Shown: in pieces, positions 57,687 to 64,000 of the stretch
Position numbering within the stretch: position 1 is the first letter of the stretch
How the letters are laid out: each line of letters opens with the position of its first letter
Source: an uncultured bacterium
Lineage (GTDB): Bacteria; Patescibacteriota; Minisyncoccia; Phycocordibacterales; PALSA-1337
NCBI GenBank assembly: GCA_903825415.1
Contig: CAIKAN010000028.1
Location: 3,474-67,473, forward strand
Direction: 5' to 3'
DNA length: 64,000 bases
Position numbers and translations under genes: made by a program
Notes under the pieces: generated by a model
Told to the model about the DNA's origin: nothing
What the model saw: the letters and a program-made list of their open reading frames with translations, nothing else
Database searches by the model: none

Positions 57687-57728
57687 CGCGCGCTTGGTTT
57701 TTGGGCCTTTTCCATGTAGACTTTCATC

Positions 57729-59237
57729 ATGTCTAAGGAAACAAAGATGAAGCCTTTCTATATAACTACTACGATTCCGTACGTGAACGCGGAAGCCCAT
57801 ATAGGCCACGCCCTTGAATTTGTCCGTGCGGATATCATCGCGCGCTCAAAGCGATTGTCGGGCTATGAGGTATTTTTTAACACTGGAACCGATGAGCATG
57901 GCATCAAAGTCTTTAAAATAGCTGAACAATTAGGTCTCGAACCACAGGTCTATGTCGATCAGATATCGATTAAATTCAGAGAGATCATGCCTTTATTGGG
58001 TATCAGCGATGATGTGAATTTCATCCGTACTACGGATGCTCATCATATCAAGGCTGCGCAAGAGTTCTGGAATATCGTTAAAAAGAACGGCTATATCTAC
58101 AAGAAAGATTATTCCATAAAATACTGCATCGGTTGCGAGCTGGAGAAGACCGATTCTGAATTGGTGGACGGGCATTGTCCTCTTCATCCGAATCAGGATA
58201 TCGAGATCGTCAAAGAAGAGAATTACTTTTTCAAATTCAGCGCTTTTCAGAGACAGCTACTTGAATTATATTCATCACATCCGAAACTGGTGATCCCTGG
58301 TTCGCGACTGAATGAGATCAGAGCTTTCGTGGAAAGAGGACTGGAAGATTTCAGCATTTCCAGACTGAAGAGCAAAATGCCTTGGGGTGTTCATGTGCCG
58401 GATGATGACCAGCATGTGATGTATGTCTGGTTCGATGCTCTGGTGAATTATATCTCGGCGATAGGTTGGCCAGACGATGTGATTCAAGAAAAAGAAGCCC
58501 CCGGATCATTCAAGAAATGGTGGATAGAGAGCGGCGGGGTAGTGCAATATTGCGGCAAAGACAATCTCCGTCAGCAATCGGCGATGTGGCAGGCAATGCT
58601 CATGGCGGCGGGATTGACGCAGTCGCAGACCATCATCATCGATGGATTTGTGACCGGTGAAGGCGGTATCAAGATGTCGAAGTCTCTGGGCAATGCCGTC
58701 GACCCTCTTGAGATCGTCAGAGAATATGGCGCCGACGTCTTCCGATATTATGTGGCTCGTGAGCTTTCTCCCTTTGAAGACAGCCCATTTACGGTTGATA
58801 AATTCAAGGAAGCCTACAATGCTCATCTGGCGAATGGTTTAGGCAATCTAGTGAGCCGGGTCATGAAGATGGCTACCGCGAATGGTATAGCGCTCTATGA
58901 AGGAGATAAGTCTCGATCAGATTTCTCCAGCACAGACGAGGGGGTGGCTGCGATCAAGGGGTATGGAGAAGGCTTCAATGGATTCGATCTGCAAAGCGCT
59001 TCGAATGTGATCTGGAGCTTGATATCGAAAGCGGATTCGATCATCCAAGAGCGCCAGCCTTTCAAGAAGATAAAGACGGATCGAGCAGAAGCGGAGAGAG
59101 ATATCCTTGAATTGTTGGGCCGCCTTGAATTTATCGCCAAATCATTGTTACCTATAATGCCTGAAACAGCGCGCAAGATCATCGAACTCATTCGGAAAAA
59201 TGAAATGCCAGCATCTCCGCTATTCGCAAGGAAATGA
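57729..59237 (+). CDS. metG: methionine--tRNA ligase (short form)
   Basis: TTTIPYVNAEAHIGHALEF (HIGH), CxxC knuckles (CIGC…CPLH) and KMSKSLGN. Confidence 0.9.
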   Translation: MSKETKMKPFYITTTIPYVNAEAHIGHALEFVRADIIARSKRLSGYEVFFNTGTDEHGIKVFKIAEQLGLEPQVYVDQISIKFREIMPLLGISDDVNFIRTTDAHHIKAAQEFWNIVKKNGYIYKKDYSIKYCIGCELEKTDSELVDGHCPLHPNQDIEIVKEENYFFKFSAFQRQLLELYSSHPKLVIPGSRLNEIRAFVERGLEDFSISRLKSKMPWGVHVPDDDQHVMYVWFDALVNYISAIGWPDDVIQEKEAPGSFKKWWIESGGVVQYCGKDNLRQQSAMWQAMLMAAGLTQSQTIIIDGFVTGEGGIKMSKSLGNAVDPLEIVREYGADVFRYYVARELSPFEDSPFTVDKFKEAYNAHLANGLGNLVSRVMKMATANGIALYEGDKSRSDFSSTDEGVAAIKGYGEGFNGFDLQSASNVIWSLISKADSIIQERQPFKKIKTDRAEAERDILELLGRLEFIAKSLLPIMPETARKIIELIRKNEMPASPLFARK

Positions 59238-59275
59238 TCATTTTAGAACTCAGCACATATCGTTTCTTTGGATCA

Positions 59276-59330
59276 AGCAAAATCGCCTCCGCCAATTGCA
59301 ACCATATCGAAAACGCCTTCCAATTTACTT
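59276..59330. repeat. palindromic element, family 2, truncated copy (left half only)
   Basis: AAAATCGCCTCCGCCAATTGCAACCATATCG… matches the core 5' half and lacks the 3' half. Confidence 0.5.
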
Positions 59331-59339
59331 CATAGTCAA

Positions 59340-60158
59340 ATGAAATACATCGATATCCACAGCCACATAAATTTTGCCGCTTATGATGCCGATAGGGAGG
59401 CGGTGATAGAGCGCGCACGGAATGCGGGCGTCGCCATGATAGATATCGGCACGAATCTGGAAACCTCAAAGAAGGCGGTGGAATTGGCGGAGAAGCATCC
59501 TGACCTTTACGCGACTGTAGGATTGCATCCTGTGCACACTTCAAGTCATCCCCATCCTGATCCGCATGAATCAGTGGAGGCGGGCGATGGCTTCTTCGAG
59601 GTGCCTGATATGGACGCCTATAGGGCATTGGCTGCCAAAGATAAGGTCGTTGCGATCGGCGAATGCGGGCTGGATTTTTTTCATCTTGATGAAGATCAGA
59701 CATCGCTTCAAAAGAAAGTATTTGAATCGATGGCAGACCTTTCCTTGGAAGTTAACAAACCATTGATGCTTCATTTGAGGAGCGAATCTGGCCGTTCGGC
59801 CTATAATGAAGCATTCGATATCTTGAAATCCAAACCGGGTATCGCTGGCAACCTGCATTTCTATGCAGGGAGCATTGAAGAGGCGAAACCATTTTTGGAT
59901 ATGGGATTTACTTTTTCGTTTACAGGAGTTATCACTTTTGCCAGGAATTATGACGAAGTCATCAAGTATCTGCCGATGGATAGTATAATGTCCGAGACCG
60001 ATTGCCCTTATGTGGCTCCGAAGCCATATCGTGGGAAAAGGAATGAGCCGGCTTATGTCATTGAAGTTGTCAGGGCTTTGGCGGGGATAAAAGGAGTAGA
60101 TGAAGCTGTTATGGCAGGGCAGATCATGGAAAATGCGAAGAGGGTATTCGGAGTGTAA
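59340..60158 (+). CDS. tatD: TatD-family metal-dependent deoxyribonuclease
   Basis: MKYIDIHSHINF…GLHP…ECGLDF…SFTG…ETDCPY. The track start at 59268 would include the repeat remnant, so ATG 59340 is preferred. The terminator GCGGAGGtcagaCCTCCGC plus a T-run follows at about 60161-60205. Confidence 0.8.
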   Translation: MKYIDIHSHINFAAYDADREAVIERARNAGVAMIDIGTNLETSKKAVELAEKHPDLYATVGLHPVHTSSHPHPDPHESVEAGDGFFEVPDMDAYRALAAKDKVVAIGECGLDFFHLDEDQTSLQKKVFESMADLSLEVNKPLMLHLRSESGRSAYNEAFDILKSKPGIAGNLHFYAGSIEEAKPFLDMGFTFSFTGVITFARNYDEVIKYLPMDSIMSETDCPYVAPKPYRGKRNEPAYVIEVVRALAGIKGVDEAVMAGQIMENAKRVFGV

Positions 60159-60389
60159 GCGGAGGTCAGACCTCCGCGGAAATTTTATCCTTTTTTTATC
60201 AGAAATTCAGCGTTTTTTCATAATGATCTGATACACTTTGAATAGCTTTGTGTATGATTGTTCACAGTAACAATTCTTGCGCAAAGCAGCGTTCCGTGAT
60301 AGTCTCATTTCATTATAAGTAATCGTGATCAGTCCCTGTCCTAGGCGGGGTTCCGAGCATCATGGCGAGGATCACTGGTCGCATACAAA

Positions 60390-60905
60390 ATGAACGAAAC
60401 TACCAACGAGCGCGCGTCCGTTTATGAAGTCAGCTATCTCATCGCTGATTCGGTGCCTGAGGAGAAGGTCCAGACCGAGTCTGATGCGGTCAAGAAGATT
60501 GTCCTCGATTCGGGGGCGACGGTGATAGCCGAGGAGAATCCTCATCGGGAGAGCTTGGCTTATTCTATCCGCAAGAAGACCGTATCGGGTGCTTATGATT
60601 CTTATGATAAGGCGTATTTCGGCTGGATCAAATTCGAGGTCGGATCTGACAAAGTCGAAGCTATACGCAAGTCTGTAGAGCTATACCCAGCAGTCTTGAG
60701 GGCGCTAGTCATATCGACAGTCCGTGAGAATACCTATCTGGGAAAGAGGGCAACTATGATCGCGGCATCATTCGCTCCCAAGATGGATACTCTGGTCACC
60801 AGAGCTGAAGTCAAAGAGGAAAAGAAAGAGCCCAAGAAAGAGGTCGTTCACGCTTCTGTCGAGGATATGGACAAGAGCATCGATGAGATGGTCAAGGAGT
60901 CATAG
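60390..60905 (+). CDS. rpsF: 30S ribosomal protein S6 (with a long acidic C-terminal extension)
   Basis: YEVSYLI…; rpsF-ssb-rpsR context. Confidence 0.8.
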   Translation: MNETTNERASVYEVSYLIADSVPEEKVQTESDAVKKIVLDSGATVIAEENPHRESLAYSIRKKTVSGAYDSYDKAYFGWIKFEVGSDKVEAIRKSVELYPAVLRALVISTVRENTYLGKRATMIAASFAPKMDTLVTRAEVKEEKKEPKKEVVHASVEDMDKSIDEMVKES

Positions 60906-60959
60906 TAGTTATAAAAATATCGGTCAGTCAGGCCGATATCTAGTGGGCGATCACAATAT

Positions 60960-61427
60960 ATGTATCTAAACAAAGTGTTCATTATAGGGAATCTGACTCG
61001 CGATCCTGAGCTCAAGGCACTGCCTTCAGGGAGCAAGGTCTGCAGTTTCGGAGTCGCTACCAATCGCGTCTTCAAGGACAAGGAGGGCGCCAAGCAAGAA
61101 TTGACAGAATTCCACAATATCTCAGCCTTCAACAAGCTCGGGGAATTGTCTGGACAATATCTCAAGAAAGGCCAGCAGGTATTGATCGAGGGAAGGATAC
61201 AGACTCGTTCATGGGATGGACAAGATGGACAAAAGAGGTATCGCACTGAGATCATTGCCGACAATATCCAGTTCGGCCCCAAGGGCACAGGGTCCGGCAG
61301 CTCAGCAGGAGCTTCATCGTCACAGGCTCCATCTTCTGGAAAGAATACCGAGATGCCAGCTTCGGAACCTGGAGAGAAGATCGATTATCCGCAAGAAGAG
61401 ATCAATCCAGACGATATACCATTTTAA
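60960..61427 (+). CDS. ssb: single-stranded DNA-binding protein
   Basis: MYLNKVFIIGNLTRDPEL… OB fold, Gly/Ser-rich linker and an acidic C-terminal tip DDIPF. Confidence 0.85.
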   Translation: MYLNKVFIIGNLTRDPELKALPSGSKVCSFGVATNRVFKDKEGAKQELTEFHNISAFNKLGELSGQYLKKGQQVLIEGRIQTRSWDGQDGQKRYRTEIIADNIQFGPKGTGSGSSAGASSSQAPSSGKNTEMPASEPGEKIDYPQEEINPDDIPF

Positions 61428-61461
61428 TCAAATAGCAGCATAAACCATAATCAGCAATCAT

Positions 61462-61665
61462 ATGAAAAAGCAATGTTATTTCAGCCAGCATAATATCAAG
61501 TATATAGATTACAAGGATACAGAGATCCTCAAGCGCTTCATCAATCCGCATGGCCGCATTGTGAGCCGCAAAAGGACAGGCATCTCAGCCAAGTTCCAGA
61601 GGCAATTGGCTACAGCTATCAAGCGCGCTCGTTTCATGGGTCTTATCCCATACGTAGCGAATTAG
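61462..61665 (+). CDS. rpsR: 30S ribosomal protein S18
   Basis: …[39 protein letters not shown]. Confidence 0.85.
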   Translation: MKKQCYFSQHNIKYIDYKDTEILKRFINPHGRIVSRKRTGISAKFQRQLATAIKRARFMGLIPYVAN

Positions 61666-61684
61666 TGGGGTTACGTTGCATGTA

Positions 61685-61839
61685 AAATCCCCTCACATAT
61701 TCTTTCTTTGGGTATGGCAAGGTCGCCTGCGCCAATTGCAACCGTATCTTGCCTTACCGGAGGCGTCAAGATACGGGCAATTGTTGCTTCGGCTCAGATC
61801 ACATTGCCATACCCAAAGAAAGAATATGTGAGGGGATTT
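61685..61839. repeat. palindromic element, family 2, copy 4, with perfect 36-bp terminal inverted repeats, between the convergent rpsR and efp (candidate bidirectional terminator)
   Basis: AAATCCCCTCACATATTCTTTCTTTGGGTATGGCAA … TTGCCATACCCAAAGAAAGAATATGTGAGGGGATTT are exact reverse complements. The core is GGTCGCCTGCGCCAATTGCAACCGTATCTTGCCTTACCGGAGGCGTCAAGATACGGGCAATTG…. Confidence 0.75.
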
Positions 61840-61848
61840 CGTGTTGCT

Positions 61849-62415
61849 TTAAACCCTCTCTCGATATTCTCCGGTCTCTGTATTGATCCTGATAACATCT
61901 CCTTTGTTGACGAAGAGGGGAGCGTTGATGGTTGCACCAGTCTCCAAGGTGATGACTTTGCTGCCGCCTGTCGCGGTATCTCCTTTGATGCTTGGGGGAG
62001 CATCGACTACCTTGAGGTCGGCGGTGATAGGAAACTTGAAACCCATAGGCCTTTCTTGGAAGAGTAATTGAGTCACGACGGTATTGGCGGTAAGGAATCG
62101 GCCTCTTTCACCGATGACTTCTTCGTTGACATTGAAGCGCTTTGAAGGATCTGTAGGGTCTGCGAACCAGTATTCTCCGCGGCTGTTATAGAGATATTTC
62201 AGCTCTCGCGAATCGATCTCGGCCTCTTCGATCTTCTCTGATTGATGGAATGAGTATTCTGTGACTTTGCCAGTCATGAGGTTCTTGAGCTTGGTGGCAT
62301 TGACCGGCTTCCTCTGTTGCTTGCGGAAAACATGAGAAGTGATGACTTCATAGGGTTGACCGTCAAGGACGATGTATTTCTTTTCTGTGACTTCGTTGTA
62401 TTCAAGTAAAGACAT
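61849..62415 (-). CDS. efp: elongation factor P
   Basis: MSLLEYNEVTEKKYIVLDGQPYEVI… 188 aa, three OB-like domains. Confidence 0.85.
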   Translation of the reverse strand: MSLLEYNEVTEKKYIVLDGQPYEVITSHVFRKQQRKPVNATKLKNLMTGKVTEYSFHQSEKIEEAEIDSRELKYLYNSRGEYWFADPTDPSKRFNVNEEVIGERGRFLTANTVVTQLLFQERPMGFKFPITADLKVVDAPPSIKGDTATGGSKVITLETGATINAPLFVNKGDVIRINTETGEYRERV

Positions 62416-62584
62416 AGTTTAAGCATTCTATAGGAGTTTGACGGAAAAAGCAAAAACATTAATTCCATTCTAGTTTCGTTTCACAACGCGCACATCTGAT
62501 CCGTACCCCCCATAAGGTGGACACGGTACAGTGCTTTTTAGTTGTATTCTGTAATGTTTCAACCTGTTGGACGGCATCTTAATT

Positions 62585-64000
62585 ATGAAAAACTCACAAA
62601 AAGTCATCGCACCCATTATCATGGTTCTTATCGTTGCGGTTATTCTTGGCGGGGTGTATCTTCTCGTCAGACAGCAAGGAAATAAAAAGACAGAAGTGCC
62701 TATCATATCCGCCGATGTTTTTAAAAATGCCGTATATCGCATTGTTTTTCCTGGTAAAGATGTCACTCCTCCAAGGGAATTTACGATGATTGATGGTTTT
62801 GCTCAGAATATTGACAAGGTCGAAGGTGGTTGTAACATTGTTGATGCCATTTCCAATAAATATCTCCATCCAGATTCTAAAGAACTTTTGGTCGCCACGA
62901 TTGATCAAAGTGGAAATAAAGGCGTGGTCGCTGTCTATTGCAATTACGGCGCAAGTGCTAATGATATATTTTTTGTTGCATTTAAAAACTTGAACGGCGT
63001 TCCTGCGCAAACTGACGCGGTTGATCTTCGAAAGCATCCTGATTTGCAATCTCGCAACCTTTATCGAGTTGGTGTAAAACAAATCGCTCTTGACGCAAAT
63101 GGAGTGCTTACGGTTACCGCACTCGTTGTACCGGATGCGCTTCGTAACGCACCGGGTGTTCAACAAAATGCGAGTGAATCGGTCGCTATTAGTTATAGTC
63201 TGGACAATCAAGGGAAACTTATATCTACCCCAACGTTAACTATCGATTCAACTAATCAGAAAATCCTTAGCAGTTTAGTAACTAATTGGAAAAAGATTGG
63301 TCATGATATTATTCCCGGTTTTCCTGATCCAAGCAAAACTTTTTATGGCTATCCATATATAATCCAATTCATAGGAAACAATCGCATTGTTATCGCGTAC
63401 GAAAATGATTCTAATCCTCTTTTTGCTGTATTGAGTTATGATCCCGCTCAACAAAAGTTTTCTTATCTTGACAAACACGGGTCTCCTGATTTTGAGCTTA
63501 ATGAAACACTCTGGAATGTCTGGAGAAATAAATATGGTGACATTTCCGTTACCCCGCAGTCCTATAAGTATTCTTCAACGAGAACCGGAGACGCTGTTAT
63601 TTTGTCTGATTGGAAACCGATCATTGAAAACCCTTTTGCTTCTTTACCCTCTCCCGCCGTAACGACTGATTGGAAAACATACACAAATGAGAAATATGGT
63701 TTTTCAGTTCAATATCCAACAGGAACCCAGATAGATCTGAGTGATACAAGTAGCAAAAAAGTAGGCTTTCAGCCAATCACAACAAAAGGTAATTTGAGTA
63801 TAGATGTTATACAATCATCAGCGAATTGCTTTGATACTACTTCTGGTGCAGATCCAACATATAAAACAATCGGTGGTATTAATTTTACAGTGTGGAGTGA
63901 GAGTAAGGGATATAGTACCGGATCAGACACTTGGGCTTCAGCTGTGCGGTATTGCACAGCTCGTAACGGCTACGAATATAATCTGATCGCTAAACTCTCA
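62585..64000 (+). CDS. partial (runs off the window end) membrane-anchored secreted hypothetical protein; not in the ORF track
   Basis: ATG at 62585 followed by an uninterrupted frame to position 64000 (MKNSQKVIAPIIMVLIVAVILGGVYLL… TM anchor). The antisense ORF 62594-63211 in the track is probably spurious. Confidence 0.5.
   Translation, partial: MKNSQKVIAPIIMVLIVAVILGGVYLLVRQQGNKKTEVPIISADVFKNAVYRIVFPGKDVTPPREFTMIDGFAQNIDKVEGGCNIVDAISNKYLHPDSKELLVATIDQSGNKGVVAVYCNYGASANDIFFVAFKNLNGVPAQTDAVDLRKHPDLQSRNLYRVGVKQIALDANGVLTVTALVVPDALRNAPGVQQNASESVAISYSLDNQGKLISTPTLTIDSTNQKILSSLVTNWKKIGHDIIPGFPDPSKTFYGYPYIIQFIGNNRIVIAYENDSNPLFAVLSYDPAQQKFSYLDKHGSPDFELNETLWNVWRNKYGDISVTPQSYKYSSTRTGDAVILSDWKPIIENPFASLPSPAVTTDWKTYTNEKYGFSVQYPTGTQIDLSDTSSKKVGFQPITTKGNLSIDVIQSSANCFDTTSGADPTYKTIGGINFTVWSESKGYSTGSDTWASAVRYCTARNGYEYNLIAKLS

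Noticed and set aside
62594-63211. 205-aa minus-strand ORF from the track
   Set aside because: It lies entirely antisense to a long uninterrupted plus-strand frame (62585 to beyond 64000) that has a convincing TM anchor and coding-like composition.

Overview
This is an AT-rich bacterial chromosomal segment dominated by housekeeping genes. They include argS, ileS, glyS (glyQS-type), metG, secE-nusG-rplK, rpsF-ssb-rpsR, efp, a folate/thymidylate cluster (folD, DHFR, dcd, thyA, glyA), hisI-hisG, a DEAD-box helicase, recO and tatD. Accessory content is interleaved with these. A complete diversity-generating retroelement (DGR) sits at 0.4-3.7 kb. It has a target gene whose C-terminal variable region (VR) matches a downstream template repeat (TR) except at TR adenines, a DGR-type reverse transcriptase (RT) with the LGxxxSQ motif, and an antisense Avd-like four-helix-bundle gene whose frame is broken at a G11 homopolymer lying right at the RT start. 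The cassette is bracketed by a family of 24-nt 'ATAGTGA...GGGGTAA' boxes. A thioester-containing alpha-2-macroglobulin (2104 aa) and PBP1C form a convergent pair. A hicBA pair and a higher-GC island at about 45.7-50.6 kb are present. The island carries a nucleotidyltransferase-fold protein, a DEDDh exonuclease, a 528-aa unknown protein and a small membrane protein, punctuated by repeated intergenic motifs. Two families of palindromic, MITE/RPE-like repeats are scattered through the window. One is a roughly 130-155-nt element with a conserved core and copy-specific perfect terminal inverted repeats; it has four copies, one in frame inside recO. The other is a roughly 110-nt GC-rich element with three copies, one inverted and in frame inside an RlmI-like methyltransferase. 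AT-rich 'caaaat/ccaaat' hexamer arrays also occur, some in frame inside ileS. IleRS carries an inserted histidine-phosphatase (PGAM-like) domain splitting a Cys knuckle. Several promoter/terminator-bounded noncoding RNA candidates are visible at about 15.8 kb, 36.1 kb and 37.9 kb. No tRNA, rRNA or CRISPR array was recognised.
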